DNA of 64,000 nucleotides. It comes from a bacterium (GTDB lineage Bacteria; Zhuqueibacterota; Zhuqueibacteria; Residuimicrobiales; Krinioviventaceae). This document shows, piece by piece, positions 48,262 to 58,892 of this stretch. Under the pieces are notes generated by a model. That model saw only the letters and a program-made list of their open reading frames with translations, had not been told where the DNA came from and ran no database searches. Positions within the stretch are counted from its first letter, which is position 1. The number at the start of each line of letters is the position of its first letter. The stretch is from assembly GCA_963675755.2 (NCBI GenBank), contig CAXXMD010000003.1:2848001-2912000 (forward strand), written 5' to 3'. The position numbers were made by a program, and so were the translations under genes.

Positions 48262-48295
48262 TTTTTCCAATACTTGGTAATGAGATGAGGTTTTT

Positions 48296-51200
48296 ATGTA
48301 TATATATATGGGGTATTTCAAGGCTCTAATTTTTGCGGTGCTGCTTTTCATTTGTCCTCTCTATGCGATTGACCTTCAATTAAACTGGTTTGAAAATACA
48401 GAGCCTGATTTGGCGGGGTATACCATTTATTTTGGCAATCACAGCCGATTGTACGACCAAAAGGTTTCTACCGGTTTGGTAAACAGTTACGTGTTAAAAG
48501 ATCTTGAAGAAAAGGTCGTGTATTATTTTGCAATTACCGCTTTTGATACAGCCGGTAACGAGAGCGCATATTCTGCAGAATCCATGTGCATTTTAAATGA
48601 TACAACTCCTCTAAAAATTGATTCAGTAATCGTGCTGAGTCTGAATGATTTAGAGATCGTATATAATAAAAAAGTTACTACGGAAACCGCTGAAAAAATA
48701 GAGAATTATTACATCACACCGGATATTGATATACAAAAAGCCGTACTGCAGACCGATGCGAAGAGTGTTCGTCTGGTTACCGGAGAACATGCATTTGAAA
48801 CATCCTATCAGTTGTCAGTTGATAACATTTCAGACATTGCGCTGCCTGCCAATACATTACCAGAAACACAGTTGAATTATACGGTAGACGCACAACAGAT
48901 TGATCATATACCACCGGTTGTTGCTTCTGTTGAGCCCTTGACTGATGTGTCAATACTTGTTTATTTTGACGAACCGATCAATGCAAATCTGGATAGTGCC
49001 CAGTTTTCTATTAGTCCCAATATTTCTGTGCTGTCATTTGAACAGATATCGGCAAATGTTATTAAAATACAGACGGCTCCACATCAACAGAACGATGTTT
49101 ATACATTAAATGTGAAAAATGTTTCTGATAATTCAGTGAACGTCAACACCATCGCCGATGACAGTCGATGCAGTTATTCCATTATAGCTGAATCAACAAA
49201 TGCCCCCATAGTTGAATTGTGGAATGTGCCTGAAAAAAATCATGTGCAGTTGATGTTTAATTCTGCTCCCGGAATATTGGATGAAAATGATTTTGTGATT
49301 TCCGGTATTACAATCCATAATGTTTCTATGGATTCAAGCGGCAGGATGCTGAATTTGTTTACATCTAATCACAAGGTGGGTGAGATTTATAAACTTGAAT
49401 ATATGGGCAATTCTCAATCTATTGTAGAGCCTTTTACAGTACATTATGAATATACTACTCCTGATACTCTGGCGCCAGTTTTGCAAAAGATAAGGTTTTT
49501 AAATGATTCGGAAATTTGTTTGCATTTTTCCGGTTCACTTGAAGAGAACAGCGCACTGGATGTTCAGAATTATGTTATTGATAATAGTATTAGTGTTCTA
49601 AACGCCGAGTTGTCTTTTTACAAGAATATTGTAACGCTTGAAACCACACCCCATACGGTTAATTCAGATTATTCAATACAGCTGCATGGAATTGTTGATA
49701 ATACATATCGTCATAACCGGATTGATTCAACCCGGACTTTTAATTATACTTTTTCAGATACAAAATATCCCCGCATCACTAAAATTGTTCAGCTCGATTC
49801 GGTAATGGTTGATGTTTACTTTAATGACCGACTGGACCCGGTAACAGCTCAAAATATATCAAATTACAGTTACGGTGATACGGATATGCAATTGTTTGAC
49901 GTACAGCTCAGCAATGATGGAATTATTGTTCGTCTTACTACATCGCCTCATCAGGAAGGCAAAATATATTCTCTGCAAACACAAAACATTTTATTCTTTG
50001 ATAATGGAATTCTTCCGGCCGGATATAAAAATGTATATCACTATGAATACCTGGGCAAAGATTTAACCGGCCCTGTAATCCGTACCATTCGCGCCAAAGA
50101 TGAAGAAAATCTTTATGTGCTGTTTAGTGAGGCATTGGATGAAACCTCTGCGCAGGATGTGCGGAATTATACTATATCCGATGGAATTCAAGTATTGAGT
50201 GCTGTATTGAATGCAGAGAGGGATATAGTTCATCTTGAAACCAGTACACATGATAAAAAACAAAACTATACGCTTCAAATTGAGAATATTTGTGATTCAA
50301 GCATGACCATGAATGTTTGTCCGGATGAGCATTCTTTTATTTATACCGTCGATTTGCCTGATGATCAACCACCCTATATTGAACAGGTCAAAGTGCTGGC
50401 ATCGGATAAAATTGTTGTCTTGTTTAATGAACCGGTTTCCGGGGCTAATGTGACCCAGTCAAGAAATTATTATATTGATCATGATATTGATGTGACGGCT
50501 GTAAACACTACTTATTTGTCCAATCGTGTTGAACTTACCACAACATTGATGGAACCCAAAGTTTATCAATTGTATGTAAACAATATTGCAGACAGGTCTG
50601 GAAATATTCCGGATGGGAATCCTTACTTTTATTTCAGTTATAGTGGAATGTCTACCACTTTGCAGGTCACGAATGTTGAGCCATTGTCATCAAACGAATT
50701 ACTTTTAACATTTTCTCATGATTTGGAAACTGCAAGCGCTGTCAATGAGAATAATTATGCTATTGACAAGGGCGTTCAAGTTCTATCCGCCCGCATGGAT
50801 GATAAAGATAATCAGGTTATTATAACAACGAGTGATCATGTTGCAGAGACCGAATATTTGTTAACGGTTGAGAATGTTACTGACAAGCAGAAAAAGCGTA
50901 CTGCTGAAAAAGAATATACCCGCTTTCAGTATTATTTTCATTCCGGTTATTCTAACAAGCTTGCAATTGAATCCGTATCTTTGACCACACCAGAGCAGAT
51001 CGAATTGAAATTTGATCAAAAAGTCAACTGGCAATCCGCGGAAAATATTGAGAATTATACCATAGAGCCATTTGTAGAGTTGGAATCTGTCACCCTTGCG
51101 GATGACGATCAAACGGTTATCCTGCAAAGCTATCAGCATTTTCAGGCAATTCCATATACCCTCAGAGTTTCAGATGTAGTACCTGTTGATGATTCCATTG

Positions 51201-52024
51201 AAACGAGTGACAGTTATTATGGTGTTTACCATTATCTTTCTCTGCTGGATGTACTGTTGCCTGACAACTCGGCAATTGATGTTGAATATGTTCAGGTGGG
51301 CAAGCCTTATTATACTGATCGTGATTATGTTTTAACAGCAGTGCCGGAGGTGCTTGAAGGTTCCAGAATGATCAAAACCCCGAATGATGACAAGAGTAAT
51401 GAGGCCCCCGATTATTTACCCATGTCACTCACTCAAAATGCTGTTATATATATTGCTTATGACTCTCGTGTTGAATCTGTACCGCAGTGGTTGAATGAAA
51501 AGTTTAAAAAGACATCATTACCATTGGGTGTTACAGATCAGGTAGAAAAGCTGGATATCTGGCGAGGATATTTTAAATCCGGTGAGTTGACATTGGGCGG
51601 AAATTCCGCTGAAGGCGCTGTTAATGCAAAAAGTATGTATGTTGTATTTGTAGCCGAACCTACCCAGGAAGTTGTTGAAGATATTTTAAATGGGGATAAA
51701 ACTGATGAAAATGGAGAAATACCCGAAACGTTTGTTTTGTATCAAAATTATCCCAATCCGTTCAATCCGTCTACAACAATCCGTTTTGATTTGAATGCTG
51801 ATCAGTACGTAACCTTGCAGGTATTTAATGTTTTGGGTCGTAAAGTGAAAACTTTGTACGATGCATATGCACCTGCCGGATATTATGAAGTGGATTGGCA
51901 GGGTGTTAATGAAACCGGTAACAAGGTGGCTGCGGGTTTGTATTTTTACAGATTTGAGATGCGTTCCCAAGAAGGACAGGGAGGAACTCGAACGTTTGTT
52001 AAGAAAATGTTGCTGATCCGTTAG
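48296..52024 (+). CDS. Large exported protein: FN3, about 9 Ig-like repeats, an uncharacterised module and FlgD-Ig/T9SS-type CTD
   Basis: Signal peptide; repeats of D..P.I..V....L.V.F.E.....A....NY.I...I.V..A......V.L.T..H.....Y.L.V.NI.D; LYQNYPNPFNPST. The start may be at 48308. Confidence 0.88.
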   Translation: MYIYMGYFKALIFAVLLFICPLYAIDLQLNWFENTEPDLAGYTIYFGNHSRLYDQKVSTGLVNSYVLKDLEEKVVYYFAITAFDTAGNESAYSAESMCILNDTTPLKIDSVIVLSLNDLEIVYNKKVTTETAEKIENYYITPDIDIQKAVLQTDAKSVRLVTGEHAFETSYQLSVDNISDIALPANTLPETQLNYTVDAQQIDHIPPVVASVEPLTDVSILVYFDEPINANLDSAQFSISPNISVLSFEQISANVIKIQTAPHQQNDVYTLNVKNVSDNSVNVNTIADDSRCSYSIIAESTNAPIVELWNVPEKNHVQLMFNSAPGILDENDFVISGITIHNVSMDSSGRMLNLFTSNHKVGEIYKLEYMGNSQSIVEPFTVHYEYTTPDTLAPVLQKIRFLNDSEICLHFSGSLEENSALDVQNYVIDNSISVLNAELSFYKNIVTLETTPHTVNSDYSIQLHGIVDNTYRHNRIDSTRTFNYTFSDTKYPRITKIVQLDSVMVDVYFNDRLDPVTAQNISNYSYGDTDMQLFDVQLSNDGIIVRLTTSPHQEGKIYSLQTQNILFFDNGILPAGYKNVYHYEYLGKDLTGPVIRTIRAKDEENLYVLFSEALDETSAQDVRNYTISDGIQVLSAVLNAERDIVHLETSTHDKKQNYTLQIENICDSSMTMNVCPDEHSFIYTVDLPDDQPPYIEQVKVLASDKIVVLFNEPVSGANVTQSRNYYIDHDIDVTAVNTTYLSNRVELTTTLMEPKVYQLYVNNIADRSGNIPDGNPYFYFSYSGMSTTLQVTNVEPLSSNELLLTFSHDLETASAVNENNYAIDKGVQVLSARMDDKDNQVIITTSDHVAETEYLLTVENVTDKQKKRTAEKEYTRFQYYFHSGYSNKLAIESVSLTTPEQIELKFDQKVNWQSAENIENYTIEPFVELESVTLADDDQTVILQSYQHFQAIPYTLRVSDVVPVDDSIETSDSYYGVYHYLSLLDVLLPDNSAIDVEYVQVGKPYYTDRDYVLTAVPEVLEGSRMIKTPNDDKSNEAPDYLPMSLTQNAVIYIAYDSRVESVPQWLNEKFKKTSLPLGVTDQVEKLDIWRGYFKSGELTLGGNSAEGAVNAKSMYVVFVAEPTQEVVEDILNGDKTDENGEIPETFVLYQNYPNPFNPSTTIRFDLNADQYVTLQVFNVLGRKVKTLYDAYAPAGYYEVDWQGVNETGNKVAAGLYFYRFEMRSQEGQGGTRTFVKKMLLIR

Positions 52025-52145
52025 CGGTTTCGGGGGGAACTGACTTGCTCAGTTATTGCAATTCATGTAATCCAGTCAATGTGAATGAATTTGGTTGATT
52101 AAATTGCTTTGATTACCTATATTTATAGTCTAAACTCTGGAGAAT

Positions 52146-54107
52146 ATGGTTATTTTTAAAGCAATACTCAAATATTCAAGTTTGATACTTTTTATTCCTC
52201 TGTGGCTTGGGGCTTTTGAATCTGTTCGTGAAATACAAAATCAAATGTCAGATTTTGTACGTCCCGATGAATTTGGTTCTTATCAGAAAACTTTACAAAC
52301 AGAATCTGATTCTGTTCAGGATAAAGAAGAGATGGGTCTGTTTGGGGAACAGTTTTTTGATCGTATTCTAACCCAAAATACGTTTGCCACAGGTGGCGTG
52401 ATTACCCCCGAGTATCCACTGGGACCGGGAGATATTTTAAATATCTACCTGGGTGATAAAGCACAAAAGGAATTCAAGGTGCAGGTCAGTGTTGATGGCA
52501 AAGTATATATCCCCACTGTTGGTGTGTTTGATGTCTATGGTCAAACGGTTAAAGATTTTCACATCAACCTGGATGAGCGTTTGAAGCGGCTTTACAATAA
52601 TTACATTGTTGATGTAATGCTATTGGCGCCCAAGCAGGTTCGGATCAGTGTGGTTGGTGAAGTCAGGTCTCCGGGGAATTATACACTGAATGCATTAAAT
52701 ACTGCACTGGACGCGATTTTGAATGCCGGTGGCCCCACAGAATTGGGTTCATTACGAAATATTCAACTGTTCCGAAATGATAGTCTGCTGGCATATATTG
52801 ATTTATATGAATACTTGTTGGAACAAAAGAGTCCACCCAATATATATCTGCAAAACGGAGATCGGTTGTTTGTGCCTGTGCGTAAAGCAGTCGTTGAAAT
52901 ATCCGGGGAAGTATATCGGGAAAAAATTTATGAGATTAATGCTCAGGAGCCAGAATCCATACTGCAATTGATAGCGTTGGCCGGTGGTTTGACTGATATG
53001 GCACTGGTTGATCGTATTGAACTGAGCCGGATGGGTGTAAATGGGGAACGAGAAATATATTATTTCGATTACAATAATCCCGACCAAAATGAAAATATCA
53101 ATTGGAACCTTGAAAATCATGACAGGATCCATGTCTACTCTATTAAAGACAAGTTTGAACCGCACATTCTCACAATAATGGGCGAGGTTAAACACCCCGG
53201 AATTTTTGAATACGAAGAAAATATGCGAGTTAGTGATCTGGTGATGAAAGCCGGAGGCGTCTTGCGCAGCAGTTATCTGTTAAAAGCAAGCCTTGCTAAA
53301 GTTGATCCCCAAACACCTTATAGTGTGCGTGAGGTCAGTCTTGAAACTGTTTTAAATAATCCGGGTTCTGATGAAAATTATTTGCTTGAACCGGATGATC
53401 AGGTATTCATTCGTAAAATTCCGGACTGGCAGGTTGGGCCTTTGGTAGAAATTAAGGGAGAGGTGCTATTTCCTGGTTTTTATCCAATCGTCAAAGATTC
53501 AACCCAATTGAGTGAGGTGATTAAGCAGGCCGGTGGTTTAAAACATGACGCCAACGTAAATGAAGCAACACTAACACGATCCAATACGGTATCTGTTAAA
53601 GATAAAGAATTTCTGCGTTTGCAAAGTATGAGCAAGAGTGAAATGAGCAAGAACGAATACCAGTATTATGTTATGAAGCAAAACGCTGCGGACGTGAATT
53701 CTATTGTAGTAGATTTTTACAAGCTGCTAGTGAAAAATGATACCAAAGAAGATGTTGTTTTAAAAGATGGTGATATTATCAATATCCCTCAAGCACCCAT
53801 GGTGGTTACAGTTATTGGAAGAGTAGCAAAAAATGGTGGTATTGTCTATAAAGAGACCGCGGGTATAGATTACTATATTGAACAGGCGGGCGGGTACACC
53901 TGGGATGCCGATGCTGGTGATACCAAGGTTATCAAAGTCTCTGGTGAAATTCTTGACAGTAACGATGTAAATCATTTCTCACCGGGAGACAGAATCTGGG
54001 TACCGCGTAAACCTGACAGGAATTACTGGGAAATATTCAGAGATATTATGCTGGTAGCAGGGCAGGTTGCAACAGTTTATCTTGTAGTGAGACAGGCTAC
54101 TGATTAA
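52146..54107 (+). CDS. Polysaccharide export protein with multiple SLBB domains (Wza/KpsD-like)
   Basis: YPLGPGD.L.I, VDGKVYIP.VG and repeated V.GEV..PG.Y...AGG motifs. Confidence 0.9.
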   Translation: MVIFKAILKYSSLILFIPLWLGAFESVREIQNQMSDFVRPDEFGSYQKTLQTESDSVQDKEEMGLFGEQFFDRILTQNTFATGGVITPEYPLGPGDILNIYLGDKAQKEFKVQVSVDGKVYIPTVGVFDVYGQTVKDFHINLDERLKRLYNNYIVDVMLLAPKQVRISVVGEVRSPGNYTLNALNTALDAILNAGGPTELGSLRNIQLFRNDSLLAYIDLYEYLLEQKSPPNIYLQNGDRLFVPVRKAVVEISGEVYREKIYEINAQEPESILQLIALAGGLTDMALVDRIELSRMGVNGEREIYYFDYNNPDQNENINWNLENHDRIHVYSIKDKFEPHILTIMGEVKHPGIFEYEENMRVSDLVMKAGGVLRSSYLLKASLAKVDPQTPYSVREVSLETVLNNPGSDENYLLEPDDQVFIRKIPDWQVGPLVEIKGEVLFPGFYPIVKDSTQLSEVIKQAGGLKHDANVNEATLTRSNTVSVKDKEFLRLQSMSKSEMSKNEYQYYVMKQNAADVNSIVVDFYKLLVKNDTKEDVVLKDGDIINIPQAPMVVTVIGRVAKNGGIVYKETAGIDYYIEQAGGYTWDADAGDTKVIKVSGEILDSNDVNHFSPGDRIWVPRKPDRNYWEIFRDIMLVAGQVATVYLVVRQATD

Positions 54108-54122
54108 TTATTACGGAGAATA

Positions 54123-55373
54123 ATGAATAATCATTCAAATACTCAGGAAATACACATCCTGGACTATCTCAATGTTCTGGTAAATGCCCGATGGATTATT
54201 GTCAGGAATTTTGTAATAGCAGCTGTTTTGGGTGTTGTACTGACGCTTGTTCTCCCCAAACAATATGTGGGAGAGACCACATTAATGCCGCCTCCTGAAG
54301 CAGAAAAATATGGCATGGGTAGTATTCTTTCAGAAGTAACAATACCCAGCCTGAGTATGAATTTTGGTCAATCTTCTTCATCAGAGATCCTGGTCGAAGT
54401 ACTGAAAAGTCGTTCTGTAAAGACCAGAGTGCTTGAACGAAAATTTAAGGTAAAAGATGAGGATGTAGTACTGTATAAATATCTGGGATATTCTTCATCT
54501 CAAAACGCGCTAAAAAAGATTACAAAAAAGAGTTTTTTTTCAGTATCCAAACAGGGCATTATTACTATTGCTGTGAAAATGAACACGGCGCAGCTTGCTG
54601 CCGATGTGGCAAATGCCTTTGTGCAAGAGCTTGACCAGGTAAATCAGGCAAAGAGTGTTTCACGGGCAAAGAATTCAAGAATATATATAGAATCTCAGCT
54701 TAAAGAGACAAATGAAAAGCTGGAACAGGCAACGCGAAAGCTGGCAGAATTTCAACAGGAAAACCGGGCTGTATCTCTGCAAGAGCAAACACAAGCATCA
54801 ATTCAACAAGCGGGTGAACTCAAGGGACGGATTATTGCCAAAGAAGTAGAAATAGGGGTTATGCTGCAAACCATGAAACCTGAAAATCCCCTGGTAACCC
54901 GCGCGCAAAAGGAACTTGACGAATTGAACCGCAGGTATCATGAATTGCAGTATGGAGATGCTACTGTACAGACTGACGAAGGCGAGTTTTATGTGCCCTT
55001 TACCGATGTTCCGCAGGTAGGGCTAAAGCTTGCTGAACTTACCCGTGATGTTAAAGTGCAGGAGACTGTTTGGCAGTTACTTAATCAACAGTATTACCAG
55101 GCCAAGATTGAAGAGGCGCGCAATACTCCCACCGTTCAGGTGTTGGATGTGGCAATTGCTCCTGTAAAACATTTTTGGCCACGAAAGAAAACCTTTTTAT
55201 TGGTATTTGGAGCCGCCTCCTTTCTGTTCACTATTTGCTGGGTATTTATTGTTCATTTTCATATGATATTGATTCAAAATCCGGAAAAAAATGAACGGTT
55301 TATGAATATCCGGGACCAACTGAATAGCGATTGGCATCTTTTTAAATCCCGCTTGATTCGCAAGAAATTTTGA
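54123..55373 (+). CDS. Polysaccharide co-polymerase/chain-length determinant (Wzz/GumC-like, no kinase domain)
   Basis: Two TM helices flanking a coiled coil, VQVLDVA..P...WP.KK; no Walker motifs. Confidence 0.88.
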   Translation: MNNHSNTQEIHILDYLNVLVNARWIIVRNFVIAAVLGVVLTLVLPKQYVGETTLMPPPEAEKYGMGSILSEVTIPSLSMNFGQSSSSEILVEVLKSRSVKTRVLERKFKVKDEDVVLYKYLGYSSSQNALKKITKKSFFSVSKQGIITIAVKMNTAQLAADVANAFVQELDQVNQAKSVSRAKNSRIYIESQLKETNEKLEQATRKLAEFQQENRAVSLQEQTQASIQQAGELKGRIIAKEVEIGVMLQTMKPENPLVTRAQKELDELNRRYHELQYGDATVQTDEGEFYVPFTDVPQVGLKLAELTRDVKVQETVWQLLNQQYYQAKIEEARNTPTVQVLDVAIAPVKHFWPRKKTFLLVFGAASFLFTICWVFIVHFHMILIQNPEKNERFMNIRDQLNSDWHLFKSRLIRKKF

Positions 55374-55395
55374 TCTGATTATTTCAGGAGTATTT

Positions 55396-56148
55396 ATGGA
55401 AAACTATATATCCGAATCTGCCACTATTGGTGAGAATTCAGAAATCGGACATTTTACAGTTATTGCAGAAAATGTAAAAATCGGCAGCAATTGTCGTATT
55501 GGTCATAATGTTGTTATTCATGAGGGTGCGATCATTGGCGATAATGTTCGCATTGATGACTGTACTGTGATTGGTAAGCTGCCTATGCGTGCTAAACGCA
55601 GTATTTTCAAAGACGAATCAACATTGCCTCCTGTGAAAATTGGTAATGATTGTATGTTTGGTGCGCAGGTTGTGATCTATGCTGGATGTGAAATTGATAA
55701 CAATGTTCTGGTTGCTGATGGGGCCGCGGTACGAGAAGAAGTGAGTGTGGGTGAATTTACTATAATTGGCCGAAGTGCTACCATTGAAAACAAAACCACA
55801 ATTGGTAAAAAATGTAAACTGGAAACCAATTGTTATATTACCGCATATTCTACTATAGAGGATTTTTGTTTTATCGCACCGGGCGTGCATACAACCAATG
55901 ATAACTTTATGGGGCGCACCGAAGAGCGATTTAAACATTTTAAAGGTGTGACAATAAAACGTGGTGGTCGTATTGGTGGTCATGCTGTTATTTTACCGGG
56001 TAAAGTAATTGGTCAGGATGCAGTCGTTGCAGCGGGTTCAGTAGTTACACGTGATGTGCCACCGCGTCAAATTGTAATTGGGGCACCTGCCAAGTATTTA
56101 CGAGATGTACCGGAAGATCAGTTGTTGGAAAACCAGGGGTGGGAATAG
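55396..56148 (+). CDS. Hexapeptide-repeat acyltransferase (WbpD/WlbB-like sugar N-acetyltransferase)
   Basis: Left-handed beta-helix IG.N..IG repeats, TTNDN and AGSVVTRDVP..IVIGAPAK. Confidence 0.85.
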   Translation: MENYISESATIGENSEIGHFTVIAENVKIGSNCRIGHNVVIHEGAIIGDNVRIDDCTVIGKLPMRAKRSIFKDESTLPPVKIGNDCMFGAQVVIYAGCEIDNNVLVADGAAVREEVSVGEFTIIGRSATIENKTTIGKKCKLETNCYITAYSTIEDFCFIAPGVHTTNDNFMGRTEERFKHFKGVTIKRGGRIGGHAVILPGKVIGQDAVVAAGSVVTRDVPPRQIVIGAPAKYLRDVPEDQLLENQGWE

Positions 56149-56160
56149 GAGAAGGTTCTG

Positions 56161-57231
56161 TTGAAAGTATTAACCGTTGTGGGTGCAAGACCCCAGTTTA
56201 TTAAAGCGGCACCGGTATCCCGGAATTTAAGAGTGCAGCATGAAGAAATTCTGGTCCATACCGGACAACATTATGATGAAAATATGTCTCAGCTTTTCTT
56301 TGATGAGCTTAATATACCCAAACCCGATGTAAATTTAGAGATTGGCTCAGGATTACACGCAGAACAAACCGGTAAAATGATGGTAGAGCTTGAAAAGCTT
56401 ATAATCAGTCATAAACCCAATTGTGTGATGGTGTATGGCGATACCAACTCTACAATCGCCGGTTCACTTGCAGCAAGTAAACTCAATATTCCGGTAGTGC
56501 ATATTGAAGCGGGCTTGCGCAGTTTCAACAGACATATGCCCGAAGAGGTTAATCGGGTATTAACAGATAAAATATCGGATTTGTTGTTTTGTCCTACAAA
56601 GGTCTCTGTTGAGCATTTGGCAAAAGAAGGTGTTACCCGGGGTGTGTATCAAACCGGTGATGTTATGTTTGATGCTGCTTTATACTATGCGGAAATGGCT
56701 GAACGCAAAGACTCTGTGCTGGATGTTATTGGTGTGAAACCCGGACAATATTTATTGGCAACCTGTCATCGCCCGCAGAATACTGATGATAAACAGATTT
56801 TAACAGGTATTGTGCAGGCTTTTATAGAATCCGGCAAAAATATTGTTTTGCCTATACATCCCCGTACACGTGGATTTTTACAAAAATATGAACTAATGGA
56901 TGTGATTAAAAAGAGTGGCACGGTCAAGCTTGTAGATCCTGTGGGTTATCTTGAAATGATTCAGCTTGAAAAAAATGCAGAGAAAATTCTAACGGATTCC
57001 GGCGGGGTTCAAAAAGAGGCTTATTTCTATAAAGTACCCTGTATTACTATGCGTCCTGAAACCGAATGGGTTGAAACCGTACAGGACGGTTGGAATGTTC
57101 TGGTAGGTGCAGATAAGGAAAAAATAAAAAATGCTATTTCTTCCTTTAATCCTGACTCTGAACAAAACAGCCACTATGGGGAAGGTAAGGCAAGTGAAAT
57201 AATGGTTAATATATTAAATGAACATTTTTAA
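56161..57231 (+). CDS. wecB: UDP-N-acetylglucosamine 2-epimerase (non-hydrolysing; WecB/WbpI-like)
   Basis: GARPQFIK, HTGQHYD, YGDTNS, HIEAGLRS and TDSGGVQKEA motifs. Confidence 0.9.
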   Translation: MKVLTVVGARPQFIKAAPVSRNLRVQHEEILVHTGQHYDENMSQLFFDELNIPKPDVNLEIGSGLHAEQTGKMMVELEKLIISHKPNCVMVYGDTNSTIAGSLAASKLNIPVVHIEAGLRSFNRHMPEEVNRVLTDKISDLLFCPTKVSVEHLAKEGVTRGVYQTGDVMFDAALYYAEMAERKDSVLDVIGVKPGQYLLATCHRPQNTDDKQILTGIVQAFIESGKNIVLPIHPRTRGFLQKYELMDVIKKSGTVKLVDPVGYLEMIQLEKNAEKILTDSGGVQKEAYFYKVPCITMRPETEWVETVQDGWNVLVGADKEKIKNAISSFNPDSEQNSHYGEGKASEIMVNILNEHF

Positions 57232-58885
57232 AAAAATAATTTTCCTTCTTTTATGGGGGGGATTTTTATATTCTCAAACTGTTTTTGTTCCTTCTCACTA
57301 CCGGGTATATGACTTTCTTGAAAGAATGGAGACAAAAGGTCTCTTGCGAGGATTTCACAACGATACCCGGCCTTTATCCCGATTGGAAATTGCAAAGGGA
57401 TTGCGAAAAGTTTATGAACACTCGTATCAATTGGGGCAAACCGAAGCCAAAGAGTTGGGGTATTATATCTCTCTATTCAGAGAGGAATTGGGTGATCTCT
57501 ATAAACCTCATGCAGAACGCCTGGACATGATTACAAAGCATAAATGGATTGATGGCTGGCTTCCGGACAAGGTTTATGCCAATGGAAGGAATTTATTTTC
57601 TTATTCAGATGATATAACGCGCATTAACATTGATCCCATATTGTCAGAAAAACGATTGTTTGCAAGTGTTGATACGCTGCAATCAACAGAAAAGGTTTTT
57701 GAGCAATCGAGTGGTTTTCTGATTTGGGGAACGCTTGGAGACCATGTAGGATATTATACAGATGTACGAGATACACGCGAGTGGGGCACACGTAATTATC
57801 CCCTTTTTATTAATACCTCTGCTTATGGACTCGGATTTGTTTCCGGCGGCAATGGTGATATTTATCATGATGAGACCCGTGCATACCTCGTCTATAATAA
57901 AAACTGGTTTCTATTGCAATTTGGTAAAGATGAAAATCAATGGGGCCCGGGATATCGGGGTCAATTGGCATTGTCTGACAACGCAACCAGTTATGATTTT
58001 TTAAAAATCCAAGTCAATACGAGGCCATTCAAGCTCACGTCCATGTATGCGGTTTTAAAGCATTTTACACCCGAATACTATTACGGCAATCATTTGGAAA
58101 AATATATGGCTGCGCACAGGATAGAATTTTCTCCATTCTCCTGGTTGAATGTGGGTATGCATGAGATTATGATCTTTTCCGAAAGAAAGTTTGAAGCTGC
58201 TTATGTGAATCCCGTTATGTTTTTCAGGTCTGCTGAACATTACCTGGGGGACCGAGACAATGCTGCTATGGGAATGGATGTAGAGCTGTTTGTGCTTCCT
58301 CGCACCAAAATCTATGCGGAACTGTTTCTTGATGATGTCACCACAAGTAAGTTGGGTTCATCTTTTTATGGCAACAAGTATGCATATCTTGCCGGTATTT
58401 ACCACGTTAATCCATTAGGACTTGCCAATACTGATATTCGATTAGAATATTCCAGACTGCGTCCGTTTGTTTACAGCCATAAATCGGATATCAATACCTA
58501 TAATCATTTTGTAACAGGTATGGGGCACTGGAGTGGTCCCAATTCCGATGACATTTATATAGAGATGAATTACAGACCTACTTTTCGAACACGCTTTACC
58601 GGGTTTGTAGAAAAGAAAAGACACGGCAGTAATACTGAACAGATAAATGCGGGAGGGGATATTTTTACTCCTCATGATCCCAGTGACTCTGTTACTGCCC
58701 CATTTTTGGATGGCATACTTGAAGAAAATTTACAATTTGGTATTCTATATAGATATGAATTGTTTTACAATTGTTATTTGACAACACAATACAGTTATGG
58801 CAAAGGGGACTCGGAGCTTTATCCAGATACAGATTTGCCAGGTAAGCGTTCTGAATTCTGGTTCCATTTCAGTTTGAATTATTGA
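57218..58885 (+). CDS. Capsule assembly Wzi-family outer-membrane protein
   Basis: VYDFLERM...G....DTRPLSR.EIA, GKD..QWGPG..GQL.LSDN, AAHRIE, and a beta-barrel-type C-terminus. Confidence 0.78.
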   Translation: MNIFKKIIFLLLWGGFLYSQTVFVPSHYRVYDFLERMETKGLLRGFHNDTRPLSRLEIAKGLRKVYEHSYQLGQTEAKELGYYISLFREELGDLYKPHAERLDMITKHKWIDGWLPDKVYANGRNLFSYSDDITRINIDPILSEKRLFASVDTLQSTEKVFEQSSGFLIWGTLGDHVGYYTDVRDTREWGTRNYPLFINTSAYGLGFVSGGNGDIYHDETRAYLVYNKNWFLLQFGKDENQWGPGYRGQLALSDNATSYDFLKIQVNTRPFKLTSMYAVLKHFTPEYYYGNHLEKYMAAHRIEFSPFSWLNVGMHEIMIFSERKFEAAYVNPVMFFRSAEHYLGDRDNAAMGMDVELFVLPRTKIYAELFLDDVTTSKLGSSFYGNKYAYLAGIYHVNPLGLANTDIRLEYSRLRPFVYSHKSDINTYNHFVTGMGHWSGPNSDDIYIEMNYRPTFRTRFTGFVEKKRHGSNTEQINAGGDIFTPHDPSDSVTAPFLDGILEENLQFGILYRYELFYNCYLTTQYSYGKGDSELYPDTDLPGKRSEFWFHFSLNY

Positions 58886-58892
58886 GCAGTAT

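Noticed and set aside
52092-52108. TGGTTGATTAAATTGCT as a sigma54 promoter for the wza-like gene
   Set aside because: GG-to-GC spacing is 11 nt rather than the required 10.
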